Shown: positions 14,290-27,800 of the stretch, in pieces
Layout of the letters: the number at the start of each line of letters is the position of its first letter
Position numbering within the stretch: position 1 is the first letter of the stretch
Assembly (NCBI GenBank): GCA_964016885.1
Contig: OZ024756.1
Span: 37,262,001 to 37,326,000, forward strand
DNA: 64,000 nucleotides
Reading direction: 5' to 3'
DNA from: Eledone cirrhosa
Lineage: Eukaryota
Notes under the pieces: model-generated
Seen by the model: the letters and a program-made list of their open reading frames with translations, nothing else
Databases searched by the model: none
Told to the model about the DNA's origin: nothing
Program-made: the position numbers and the translations under genes

Positions 14290-15110
14290 TCCAATGTTAT
14301 TTACGAGGTATTTTTGTAGTCCTACACTGGATAGTTTCTAAATGCCTTCTATTAACTTTTGTGTAATATCCAAGGAATCAGCAATTCTAGGATTGGTAGT
14401 TATTGTTATTTTAATCCGAAACTATTGAAGGTGCCTTTAAGATTTCTCTTAAGGTATCTAGTAAGTGGCTGTCACCGTGAGATGATACTGCTAACCTATC
14501 GTCTCGGTAAAGGCCGATTGTGGAGTTGGCGAATTTACTCTTCATTGGTTCAGATAGACAGACAAACAGATAGACAGACAGATAGACAGACAGATAGGCA
14601 GACAGATAGATAGATAGAGAGACAGACAGATAGACAGATAGATATAGGCCGACTAGATCCCATATGTTAGTACTTACATATGGACCCACACTGATGTCAA
14701 ATTAGCCAGTATATTCTGACCTTTTTTGAACAGGCTTACTCTTTATTAAAGTGTAAGGTTTTGCATAATCATTCCTAAATCTGCTTCGTCTAAAGTAGTA
14801 TATCACTTTAATAAAATTGAAAGTTTTGTCTACGAAGGGTGTAGATATTAAAGGATAGAAATCTACGATATCAAACTAAGTGATTCTGAACGTGTATATA
14901 TTCTCAATGTTTCTAAAGCTGTTGATAACCATATTATGTGTCCATTTTGGGGGCCTAGTTTTGTTCCTGATGTTAACATTGATTTTCCTTAAGATATTCT
15001 TGTTTATTGATCATATTTCCATTTTTCAGTGTGTTTATTGGTTTGCATTTAAGGTTATTAGAGAAGTCTGCTTTGTGATCTTTCAAAGTAATGTTTTTTC
15101 TTTTTTCTTT
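14290..15110 (-). pseudogene. Decayed Penelope-like element reverse transcriptase (possibly Naiad-type), interrupted by a GACA/GATA microsatellite
   Basis: Minus-strand motifs in the expected order: ITLKDHKADFSNNLKC (~15090-15045), FDIVDFYPLIS (~14875-14845), MGPYVSTNIWDLVGLY (~14683-14640), GLYRDDRLA (~14520-14495), FNSFGLK..TITTNPRIADSLDIT (~14430-14360). Stops and frameshifts present. Confidence 0.8.
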
Positions 15111-16041
15111 ACTTTTAGTTAGACATTCTATCCTCTTATTTTATTTCTTTAAGCTATTAGTGTAGTACCCACCCCAACCCCACCCTATATATCGTGGAAG
15201 TGTTCTGTGTTAGCTGCTTTACATTTATTATTTATGATGTTATCTTTCGTCCAGAAGATTCGGGGGGGAAAAATAGCAATAAAATCTCCCTCAAATCATT
15301 CTCTACAATCTTTTTTTAAAAAATGAACACATTACATAATGTAGCACTCAATACACTGCCAGGGTTACAACTATATAATATCTTTTGATCAGAACTGAGT
15401 TGGCTTAAACAACAACAACAACAACAACAACAATAACTTAGTAACATCTGGTGCTACCACGTGAACATTAAAATATTGTTGCTGTTGTTCTTTAGTTTAT
15501 TTTGCTGCTGCTGCTGTTGTTGCTGCTGTTGCTACTGCTGTTGTTGCTGCTGTTGTTGTTGTTGTTTACTTTATGTTCAAATTTTTGTTTGTTTTTATTT
15601 AATCCCGGCCGCCAACTTTCCACCGAAATCCCCCCCCCCTCCCACATTTACCCAACTTCTGCTCCAGTCGAGACTTGATCCTCTGATAACATCGACTCCC
15701 TGTACAGAGAGGACACTGGCTCCATTCATGACAGGCCTTTATATATTTTGGTGACAAATTTAGGTATCGGAATGATGGTGGTGGTGGCATGTACTAGTGG
15801 TGCTGGTGGTACAGGTGATGGTGGTGGTGTTGGTGGTGGTATGTAGTAGTGGTGCTGGTGGTACAGGTGGTGGTGATATGGAAGAGTGATGTTGTTGTTG
15901 GTGGTGGTGGTGGTGGTGGTGCTAGTGATATATGTGAATAATGGTGGTGTTGGTGTTGTGGTGATTGTAGAGACGGTGATAGACAGACAGACAGATAGAC
16001 AAGCAGACAGACAGACAGTCAGACAGACCAAAAAGGTGCTG

Positions 16042-16109
<68 letters not shown>

Positions 16110-16421
16110 GGAAACAGAGAGAGAGGGGAAGAGATAAAGAGACATATGAGAGAGAGAGATAAAAAGTTATTTAAGGTTTCTCTTTTGTTCACAAATAAAT
16201 AAAAAAACATGAGTGAAAATTGGTTTAAAACTGTGTGTGGGGTTGAGGGGGGAGGGGTGTTTGTATGTGGGGAGGGTTAGTTTGTGTGGGGGGATGGGTG
16301 TATGTGTGTGTGTGTGTCTGTATGTGTGTGTTTGTGTGTGTGTGTGTGTGGTAAAGAAATGTGTGTGGAGAAATTTCATTCATGAAACAGTTTCTTCGGC
16401 CATAATGTAAGTTTTATAGAA

Positions 16422-16428
16422 GTACTAT

Positions 16429-16485
<57 letters not shown>

Positions 16486-16641
16486 TACTACTGTTGCTGC
16501 TACTACTACTACTACCAATACTACTACTACTATTACTACTACTATTACTACTACTACTACTACTACTACTACTACCACTACTACTACTTCTACTACTACT
16601 GCTGCTGCTACTACTACTACGACCAATACTACTACTACTAT

Positions 16642-16677
<36 letters not shown>

Positions 16678-16720
16678 CGCCACTACTAGCGCCTCTACTA
16701 CTACTACCGCCACTACTACC

Positions 16721-16754
<34 letters not shown>

Positions 16755-16794
16755 TTACTACTACTACTAATGCTGCTGCTGCTACTACCACCAA

Positions 16795-16830
<36 letters not shown>

Positions 16831-16851
16831 CACTACCGCCACTACTACCAT

Positions 16852-16911
<60 letters not shown>

Positions 16912-16938
16912 CGCCACTACTACCATCACTACTACTAT

Positions 16939-16986
<48 letters not shown>

Positions 16987-17009
16987 CGCCACTACTACCA
17001 TCACTACTA

Positions 17010-17064
<55 letters not shown>

Positions 17065-17079
17065 CGCCACTACTACCAT

Positions 17080-17153
<74 letters not shown>

Positions 17154-17155
17154 AT
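16422..17155. repeat. (CTA)n compound microsatellite
   Basis: Direct inspection. Confidence 0.95.
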
Positions 17156-17278
17156 TATCATTATTATTATAACTATACCTCACTTCTTACGTATTTCATA
17201 CTCCAGATTCTTGCCCTTTGATAAGGTTTCCACCTTCTAATGTTTCTACTTGCAAAATATTGAGGTGTTGTATGCATG

Positions 17279-17329
<51 letters not shown>

Positions 17330-17880
17330 CATTAATGTGTGTGTGTGTATATAAATGTGTGTGTTTCTACACACACACACACACACATATATATATATGT
17401 ATATATATATTTATTTATGCATGTATGTATATACACTCATTGTCTTTGATCCTAATGTCAGGCATATTAGCTTTGCTTTCTTCATCAGTATCAATGGACT
17501 GCAGAGATATCTCTAATGTTATCAGTATAGTTTCATTTTAAGCTGGTTCATAATATGGCGGTGTTGCTGTTTGCTTTAAGGTTAACTACTCTGAGAGGGA
17601 CGGCATCACGTATAGTCCATTCTTGTGAGATAATGAACAGAAAGGAATGGAAGAAATATATGTTACGGAACGGAATGGAATGGAACGAAATGGACCTCCA
17701 TCTATTTTGACGATGAATGTTTAAGTTGTTCGATTAACGAAAGTCAGTAAACTGCAAGAGTTTTGTTATTTTTTTCTCTCTGTTTGAATAAATTTGCGAT
17801 TTCAGTAATGCAAGAGACGGTATCGTCCTGGATGTAAAAAAAAAATGCTAAAATGCTATTCGCTAAGTCTTGAAAAATCC

Positions 17881-17920
<40 letters not shown>

Positions 17921-17925
<5 letters not shown>

Positions 17926-18123
17926 AAAAGTATAACCCCCGACGATAGAGCTCAATGCGTTTCGACGGCTATTTCTGGACTAAATAGTCCAGAAATAGCC
18001 GTTGAAATGGCTTGAGCTCTGCCGTCGGGGTCATACTTTTCCTATTTTCCACTCTACTACCCTAAGTATTGAGTACTCTGGTGCGTTATGGTCCATTTGG
18101 TTCCTTACCACAATTCCTTTGTT

Positions 18124-18124
<1 letters not shown>
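17921..18124 (+). mobile_element. Fold-back TA-inserted element, family A copy 2
   Basis: ~60-bp inverted arms turning at GGACT-AAAT-AGTCC, same tail as copy 1, (TA)n flanks. Confidence 0.85.
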
Positions 18125-18152
<28 letters not shown>

Positions 18153-18154
<2 letters not shown>

Positions 18155-18215
18155 TAGAATAACAGATTAAAGTTTAAGCAAAGAATCGCTGTTTTCACCC
18201 TTAACGGAATCTTCT
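18153..18215 (-). mobile_element. TA-abutting element family F
   Basis: Shares GATTCTTTGCTTA.ACTTTAA with 36938-37025 (+) and 50233-50310 (-). Confidence 0.6.
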
Positions 18216-18544
18216 TAATAATAAATTTGAAGACTAAAATCCAAAGAGGGCTCGATAAGGATAAATATATATCAAATATATAAGAACCTTAGAGCAAATA
18301 TTTATATATATATATACACACACACACATACATCCATATATATATATAAGAAACGAAGCAGGCTGTGTGATTACTGTAAACAAAGTTTAAGAAGGTAATA
18401 TGGACGAAATAAGAGAAGAAACCCTTCATCAGCTGTTAACTGCAGATCATAGAGGTTTCGGTTTTTAAAACAGGATATCGAAATCGATCAGCAGCGCACC
18501 CATGGCCTTTTATCAATCAAAAGGCCCCGAGGGAAGAAAAGATA

Positions 18545-18623
<79 letters not shown>

Positions 18624-18759
18624 AAAAGCAATTGAAAATGCAACTGGAGTCTTTTAGGAATTTTTATTTATTTACTTTACCGGTTTCACAGTTCTTATGA
18701 TTTTCAAAAGTAAAATTGAGATGGAGGCTGTGTGTTTCTGTTGTGGTTTGTCTCACTGG

Positions 18760-18955
18760 ACAAATACTTTGCAGTATTTGCTCTGGCTCTTTACGTTCTG
18801 AGTTCAAATCACGCCGAGGTCAACGTCGCCTTCCATCCTTCCAGAGTCGATAAAATAAAGTACCAGTTAAGTACTAGGGTCGAGGTAGATAATATAATCA
18901 ACTTTTCACCTTCTCCTTTCAAATTGCTGGCCTTGTGCCGATATTAAAAACAGTT
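18760..18955 (+). mobile_element. SINE S1, diverged
   Basis: TTTACGTTCTGAGTTCAAATCACGCCGAGGTCAAC...GTCGATAAAATAAAGTACCAG...TTGCTGGCCTTGTGCC. Confidence 0.8.
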
Positions 18956-19182
18956 ATTCTGTCTCAACGCAGTCGTGATCCAGCGACAAACTTCAATTTG
19001 TTCCAGCTGTAAGTATCTCGTCTTTTATCCAGTGAATCTAGGACTGCATCTATCCAACACGTCCCGAATTTCTTTGAAAGACAGCATGGCGTAATTTAAG
19101 GAAACATTTGTAAACTATTTTTAGCAGGTCGAGCTATCCCATAGAGACTCCTCAGTTGGAAGTAATTCTTGATGATGGTGAG

Positions 19183-19445
19183 GTGGTGTAGTGTGGTGTG
19201 GTGTGGTGTGGTGTGGTGTAGCGTGTGGTGTAGTGTAGTGTGGTGTGGTGTAGAGTGTGGTGTAGTGTAGTATGGTGTAGTGTGGTGTGGTGTGGTGTGT
19301 TGTGGTGTGGTGTGGTGTGGTGTGGTGTGGTGTGGTGTGGTGTGGTGTGGTGTGGTGTGGTGTGGTGTGGTGTAGTATAGTGTGGTATGGTGTAGTGTGG
19401 TATGGTGTAGTATGGTATAGCGTGGTGTGATGTGGTGTGATGTGC
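19183..19445. repeat. Pentamer satellite (GTGTG/GTGTA)n
   Basis: Direct inspection. Confidence 0.9.
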
Positions 19446-20061
19446 TGTATGAATTGAGATCGCTGGAAAAGATGAGGACGGTATTTTTTCTCCGGGGTAT
19501 ATAAACGAGGTGGGAGATCTATCTATCTACTCCAGTGTATATATTTGAAGTTAATAGCTCATAGTTAATAGTTATATTATTGTTTATCTTAATAAAAGTC
19601 ACCTGTAACTAATACATATCGTTGTTCGTGCTAAGTCAAGTGTGGTGTACTCGGGGCTTCTGTCTTTGAAATATTTTGATGTTGGCGAAGCTGCCTCAGT
19701 CTCTAGATTCCCAGTGGAGACCATGCGGCGGCGGCGGCGGTGGCGATGGCGGCGGCGGCGATGGTGATGGCGGCGGCGGTGGCGATGGCGGCAGGCGACT
19801 GTCTTTAGTGATGACAGAATTATGAGAAATTTGGAGGGAAACAACGTCCCTAGATGATGATGTGAGGTGTTTAAAGTGACAGGGTTCTGACAAGGGGGTT
19901 AGTCTGAGTGATTTATTCATTTATTAACGAAACAATCGATCTAACCTACCACCGGCGAAGGAATGATGATATTATATATATATATATATATATATAGATA
20001 TAGATAGATATATAGATATATATATAGATATTTATATCGATAGATATGTGTGTATGTATGC

Positions 20062-20114
<53 letters not shown>

Positions 20115-20157
20115 TATATATATATATATATATAGATATATATATCGATAGATATGC

Positions 20158-20212
<55 letters not shown>

Positions 20213-20287
20213 TATATATATATATATATATAGATATATATATCGATAGATATGTGTGTATGTATGTATATATAGATATGTGTGTAT

Positions 20288-20327
<40 letters not shown>

Positions 20328-20505
20328 GTATATGTATATATATATGTATATGTATATATATAAAGGGTCATAACTCTATGCTGCAAAGCATGGCGTCTGG
20401 CGCTCTGCCGATCCACCCGAGAGTCAGAGTCGAAGGAAGGGAGAAAGAGTTGTATGTGTGAGGACATCCGTGCTTCGCCCAGCCCTCCACCCATCCAACC
20501 CAACT

Positions 20506-20532
20506 GTTACCATGACAACATTCCGCCATATT
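20506..20532 (+). promoter_or_regulatory. Candidate RFX X-box plus YY1 site
   Basis: GTTACCATGACAAC (20506-20519) fits GTHNYYATRRNAAC; CCGCCATATT (20523-20532) fits CCGCCATNTT. Confidence 0.35.
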
Positions 20533-20771
20533 AACAAACAAAAGCTCCCTCCCTCCTTCATCCCCCTTTCCCCTCTCCCTCCCTCCTTCATCCCCCTTTC
20601 CCCTCTCCCTGCCTCTGCCTCCCCCTCCCTCGCTAATGGAGATCAATGTCAAATAAAGATAGTTTCAACAACCAGAAACATTTATCATAATTTAATTAAA
20701 GACAGATGTACTCCAATAATAATGAGGCTTGCCTAAGGTCGTCATGAAGGAGTTTGGGCTGCTGCTGCTGC

Positions 20772-20802
<31 letters not shown>

Positions 20803-21354
20803 GGTACTGTTGTTGTTGGTGGTGCTGTTATTGTTGGTGCTGTTATTGTTGGTGTTGTTGTTGTTGTTGGTGGTGATGCTGTTATTGTTGGTGCTGTTGT
20901 TGTTGTTGTTGTTGTTGTTGTTGGTGGTGGTGGTGATGGTGCTCTTGTTGTTGTTGTTGTTGGTGGTGGTGCTCTTGTTGTTGGTGGTGGTGCTCTTGTT
21001 GTTGGTGGTGGTGGTGGTGCTCTTGTTGTTGTTGTTGTTGGTGGTGGTGCTCTTGTTGTTGGTGGTGGTGCTCTTGTTGTTGGTGGTGGTGGTGGTGCTC
21101 TTGTTGTTGTTGTTGTTGGTGCTCTTGTTCTTGTTGTTGTTGGTGGTGGTGGTGCCCTTGTTGCTGTTGATGGTGGTGGTGGTGGTGGTGGTGGTGCCCT
21201 TGTTGCTGTTGATGATGATGAAGATGATGCTTCTGTTGTTCCGTTTTTGTTGTTTTGTTTTCATTTTTGTTGTTGTGCCAAGGCTACTATTGTACCTGTT
21301 GTTGCTGTTGTTGTTGTAGTTGCTGTTGCTGATGCATCTGTTGGTGTCATTTTG

Positions 21355-21528
21355 GGGGAAGGGGAAAGTCTATTAAATCGACCCCAGTGCATAACTGGTA
21401 CTTTATTTTATCGACTCTGTAAGGATGAAAAGCAAAGCTAACATTGACGGGATTTGAACTCAGAACGTAAAGGTCCCTAATTCTACGCCACAAAACATAT
21501 TGCCCGACGCTCTACCGATACTGCCAAA
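21355..21528 (-). mobile_element. SINE S1
   Basis: Reverse complement of the S1 consensus from head to central domain. Confidence 0.8.
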
Positions 21529-21544
21529 ATAATGGTAATAATAA

Positions 21545-21718
21545 ATGTTTCTAGTTTTGGCACAAGGCCAGCAATTATCCCAGTGTATTACTGGTACTTT
21601 ATTTTATCGAAAGGCAAAGTTAACCTCGGCGGGATTTGAACTCAGATCGTAAAGGGCCGTAACTCTATGCTGCAAAGCATGGCGTCCGACCCTCAACCGA
21701 TACTGCCAATCTACCGCC
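21545..21718 (-). mobile_element. SINE S1, young, with 15-bp TSD
   Basis: TAATGGTAATAATAA at 21530-21544 and 21719-21733 flanks the element. Confidence 0.88.
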
Positions 21719-21999
21719 TAATGGTAATAATAATGGTAATGTTTTTCTATGATGTGGGGAGAGGGCTGACAAACCCAACAGTTTATAGAAGAGGGTGTGT
21801 CGGGGGAATTTTAATATATTACCGTTTATTTATTCTGTCGACCCTCGGGGGGTGGGGATTGGATAAAAAGTCAACCCTAGTGGGATTTGAACTGATAATG
21901 TAAAAATAACAGTAGTCAAACCCGAGCCTCTCTGCCACAACCCCAACACCGCCATCAAAGATTATAATTAATTTTCTCTAGAAGCACTGAGTAGAATGG

Positions 22000-22140
22000 G
22001 CATCCGTCGGTGTCGTCGATGACTGTCTCAGTTATTTGATCAACACAACAGCATGCTCGGGAAATATACGTGTAAAGTGTTTGAGTAAGCCACAAACACG
22101 TGTATCATAACGTAACACTCAGAAAGATTCAGCAGATATA
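22000..22140 (-). mobile_element. 3' part of a CORE-type SINE
   Basis: Reverse complement resembles 38300-38420. Confidence 0.5.
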
Positions 22141-22842
22141 TGTGTGTATGTATGATTCTGCTGGTCCCTCATTAGATTACAGGTACAGTCTGTCTGATGA
22201 GCTGCCAAATAGCCTTCGTCTATCCAGTCATAAGGTTAACCCTTACCCACAAAGTTAACCCCCACCCTATCAAAATCTATTATAATTTTATGTAAGAACC
22301 TTTAAGTTAAATTGCTTTATATATATATATATATTTTTTAATCTAGCATAATTTTATGTAAGAACCTTTAAGTTACAGTATATTCCTAACACTAGCTTAA
22401 TAACGAGAAAGCTGGCTATATTACAAAATTATACCAGATTCTTGATTATTTGCAAAAATTATTTAGAAGTCATTAGCAGTGTCTTTGATGTGGTAACGAA
22501 AATGTTAAAGTGTTTATATCTACCTAAAAACATTCTATCATAATTATATATAAGAATTTTTTTGTTAAATTTTGATCCAACCACCGGATAAATAATCGGA
22601 AAATTAGTCATATTACCAGACCTGTCTGTCAAGTCTCCACGTCCGACGAGGAGATTTCCCTGTTTAAGTTCATTTCTCCTCGTCTCCCCATTATTTTGAG
22701 AATAGCTTTAGCTTTCATTATGAAAAATCTCCCCATTTTGGGGCACTTTTTATTTCATGGTACCCCGTTTAGGTTTTCAGAGGTTGGCAGGTCTGTATTA
22801 CTAAATTACGGCAACTACTTGATTATTTTAAAAAAAAGAAAG

Positions 22843-23539
22843 AAATATGTATGCAGTAGATGTACAGGGAAATTAGACAGTAGAAGTCGCACTGATAGAC
22901 ACATTTTTCAAATGCAAGAGGGCGCTATAGAAGTGGTGGATAGCTTCCGGTACCTAGGAGATCAGATTAGCATGGGAGGAGGGTGTTCCGAGGCCATAGT
23001 ATCTAGAATAAGGACGGGTTGGAAGAAGTTTAGGGAGCTGCTTCCTCTGTTGACGAAGAAGGGTTTCTCCCTGCGTACGAAAGGCCGGTTGTATGATGCC
23101 TGTGTGAGGAGCGCGATGCTGCATGGTAGTGAGACATGGGCAGCAACTGCAGAGGATATGCGACGGCTGGAGAGAAATGAGGCAAGCATGCTCCGTTGGA
23201 TGTGCAGTGTAAATGTGCGTGAACGACCCAGCATAAATGTGTTGAGAGAGAGACTGTGTCTGAGAGGGATAGAATGTAGTGTACGGGAGAGGAGACTGAG
23301 GTGGTATGGACATGTGATGCGCATGGAGGATGACCGATGGGTGAAGAAGTGCCAGGAAATGCCAGTTGAAGGAAGACGTGGTAGAGGTAGACCACGAAAA
23401 ACATGGGCGGAGGTGGTGAGAACAGACCTCAGATCATTGAAGCTCACGGTGGAGATGACGAGGGACCGTGACGAGTGGAGAGATGCTGTGCTGAATAAGA
23501 CCCGTCCCACCCTTGCAAGCAGGGAAAAGCGGACGTAAA

Positions 23540-23570
<31 letters not shown>
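22843..23570 (+). mobile_element. 5'-truncated RTE-clade LINE (C-terminal ~230 aa of ORF2, stop 23536-23538, (GAT)n tail)
   Basis: EVVDSFRYLG, RIRTGWKKFRELLPLL, KGRLYDACVRSAMLHGSETW, RRLRWYGHVMRM, RGRGRPRKTW and DRDEWR are characteristic RTE motifs. Open frame, terminal CGTCC...GGACG hairpin, then (GAT)10. The first ~50 aa of the predicted ORF are flanking DNA. Confidence 0.95.
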
Positions 23571-23571
<1 letters not shown>

Positions 23572-23699
23572 AGTGAAGGATCATAGTGTGTGTGACAGCT
23601 CACACCTATGCAGGTTTAGCTGGCCTCCTCCAAGTTATATCTAGTTGGAGGTGTCTTGGGTAATTTAATGATAGGGACCCTAGTCCTAAAATCTCATTT

Positions 23700-23823
23700 C
23701 TACAGCTGAGTAAACTGGAGCAACGTGAAATAAGGAAACAACACATCACCCGGTCCGAGAATTGAACTCACAACCTTTCCATTGCAAGCCCAATGCTCTA
23801 ACCACTAAGCAATGCGCCTTCAC
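23700..23823 (-). mobile_element. CORE-type SINE head
   Basis: Minus strand GGCGCATTGCTTAGTGGTTAGAGCA...GAGTTCAATTCTCGGACC...TATTTCACGTTGCTCCAGTTTACTCAGCTG. Confidence 0.75.
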
Positions 23824-24055
23824 GAGAGATGATAGGCGGTGTCTTTAATTAGAAATATGGTAGAGAAAGGGTTAGCTGACACCCCAAGAATTGTTTTTAG
23901 CACGAAATTGAAAGTCAAAGAAAAACAGAAATGAAAAAAAAAAGAAATCTGTTGAAGCTCTTAGAATTCTAGACGAGAACTATTTAGCTTCTGTATGTTA
24001 TCGCAGACTGTACCGAGTTGATATGAATGTAGCTAAACACTATAACATATACTGC

Positions 24056-24192
<137 letters not shown>

Positions 24193-24245
24193 GCACACAC
24201 ACACACATACACACACACACACACATACACACACACACACACACA

Positions 24246-24291
<46 letters not shown>

Positions 24292-24367
24292 GCATATATA
24301 TAGTGACTGACAGAAACATGCATATGCACACGCAGAGCTACATCTCTATGGGTATATATACATATAC

Positions 24368-24423
<56 letters not shown>

Positions 24424-24460
24424 ATATATGTGTGTGTGTATATATGTGTGTGTGTACATT

Positions 24461-24492
<32 letters not shown>

Positions 24493-24631
24493 TATATATA
24501 TATATATATATATATGAAAAAATGGGATATTTATATATATATAGATATATATATTTATATATATATATATATATACATATATATATTCATATATACATTT
24601 ATACACATATATATATGTATATATATATATA

Positions 24632-24674
<43 letters not shown>

Positions 24675-24687
24675 TTTCATTTTTTCC

Positions 24688-24752
<65 letters not shown>

Positions 24753-24820
24753 TTCAAAATATTAATAAATATAGACATTCACGTAATCAAATATATTTTA
24801 TTATATATATTTCGGAGGTA

Positions 24821-27800
24821 CAGACCACCACACCACCACACCACCACACCACACCACCACACCACCACACCACCACACCACCACACCACACCACCACACC
24901 ACCATACCACCACACCACCACACCACCAGACCACCACACCACCACACCACCACACCACCACACCACCACACCACCACACCACCATACCACCAGACCACCA
25001 GACCACCACACCACCACACCACCACACCACCACACCACCACACCACCACACCACCACACCACCACACCACGACACCACCATACCACCATACCACCAGACC
25101 ACCAGACCACCACACCACCACACCACCACACCACCATACCACCACACCACCAGACCACCACACCACCACACCACTATACCACCACACCACCAGACCACCA
25201 CACCACCACACCACCACACCACCACACCACCACACCACCACACCACCACACCACCACACCACCACACCACCAGACCACTATATCACCACACCACCAGACC
25301 ACCACACCACCACACCATTATACCACCACACCACCAGACCACCACACCACCACACCACCACACCACCACACCACCACACCACCACACCACCACACCACCA
25401 GACCACTATATCACCACACCACCAGACCACCACACCACCACACCACCACACCACTATATCGCCACACCACCACACCACCACACCACCATACCACCACACC
25501 ACCACACCACCACACCACCACACCACTATACCACCACACCACCACACCACCACACCACCACACCACCACACCACCACACCACCATACCACCACACCACCA
25601 CACCACCACACCACCACACCACCACACCACCATACCACCACACCACCACACCACCACACCACCACACCACCACACCACCACACCACACCACCACACCACC
25701 ACACCACCACACCACCACACCACACCACCACACCACCATACCACCACACCACCACACCACCAGACCACCACACCACCACACCACCACACCACCACACCAC
25801 CACACCACCACACCACCATACCACCAGACCACCAGACCACCACACCACCACACCACCACACCACTATACCACCACACCACCACACCACCACACCACCACA
25901 CCACCACACCACCACACCACCATACCACCATACCACCAGACCACCAGACCACCACACCACCACACCACCACACCACTATATCACCACACCACCACACCAC
26001 CACACCACCACACCACCACACCACCACACCACCATACCACCACACCACCAGACCACCACACCACCACACCACTATACCACCACACCACCAGACCACCACA
26101 CCACCACACCACCACACCACCACACCACCACACCACCACACCACCACACCACCACACCACTATATCACCACACCACCAGACCACCACACCACCACACCAC
26201 TATACCACCACACCACCAGACCACCACACCACCACACCACCACACCACCACACCACCACACCACCACACCACCACACCACCACACCACCACACCACCAGA
26301 CCACTATATCACCACACCACCAGACCACCACACCACCACACCACCACACCACTATATCACCACACCACCACACCACCACACCACCATACCACCACACCAC
26401 CACACCACCACACCACCACACCACTATACCACCACACCACCACACCACCACACCACCACACCACCACACCACCATACCACCACACCACCACACCACCACA
26501 CCACCACACCACCACACCACCACACCACCATACCACCACACCACCACACCACCACACCACTATATCACCACACCACCAGACCACCACACCACCACACCAC
26601 CACACCACCATACCACCACACCACCACACCACCACACCACCACACCACTATATCACCACACCACCACACCACCACACCACCACACCACCACACCACCACA
26701 CCACCATACCACCACACCACCACACCACCACACCACCACACCACTATATCACCACACCACCATACCACCACACCACCACACCACCACACCACCACACCAC
26801 TATATCACCACACCACCAGACCACCACACCACCACACCACCACACCACCATACCACCACACCACCACACCACCACACCACCACACCACTATATCACCACA
26901 CCACCACACCACCACACCACCACACCACCACACCACCACACCACCATACCACCACACCACCACACCACCACACCACCACACCACCATACCACCACACCAC
27001 CACACCACCACACCACCACACCACTATATCACCACACCACCACACCACCACACCACCACACCACCACACCACCACACCACCACACCACCACACCACTATA
27101 TCACCACACCACCACACCACCACACCACTATACCACCACACCACCACACCACCACACCACCACACCACCACACCACCACACCACCAGACCACCACACCAC
27201 CACACCACCACACCACCACACCACCACACCACTATATCACCACACCACCACACCACCAGACCAACACACCACCACACCACCAGACCACCACACCACCACA
27301 CCACCACACCACCACACCACACCACCACACCACCACACCACCACACCACCACACCACTATATCACCACACCACCACACCACCAGACCACCACACCACCAC
27401 ACCACCACACCACCACACCACTATATCACCACACCACCACACCACCACACCACCACACCACTATACCACCACACCACCACACCACCATACCACCACACCA
27501 CCAGACCACCACACCACCACACCACCACACCACCACACCACCAGACCACCAGACCACCAGACCACCAGACCACCACACCACCAGACCACTATATCACCAC
27601 ACCACCATACCACCACACCAACAGACCACCAGACCACCACACCACCACACCACCACACCACCACACCACCACACCACCAGACCACCACACCACCAGACCA
27701 CTATATCACCACACCACCAGACCACCACACCACCAGACCACCATACCACCAGACCACCATACCACCACACCAACAGACCACCAGACCTACAGACCACCAG

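Noticed and set aside
22190-22225. CTGATGA followed by a short stem as a hammerhead (also 17483, 43203, 47073, 48081)
   Set aside because: No correctly placed GAAA/UH or stem I.
22696-22842. N-terminal 49 aa of the 280-aa ORF as part of a host gene
   Set aside because: RTE similarity starts at ~22843; the upstream part is flanking DNA that happens to be open.
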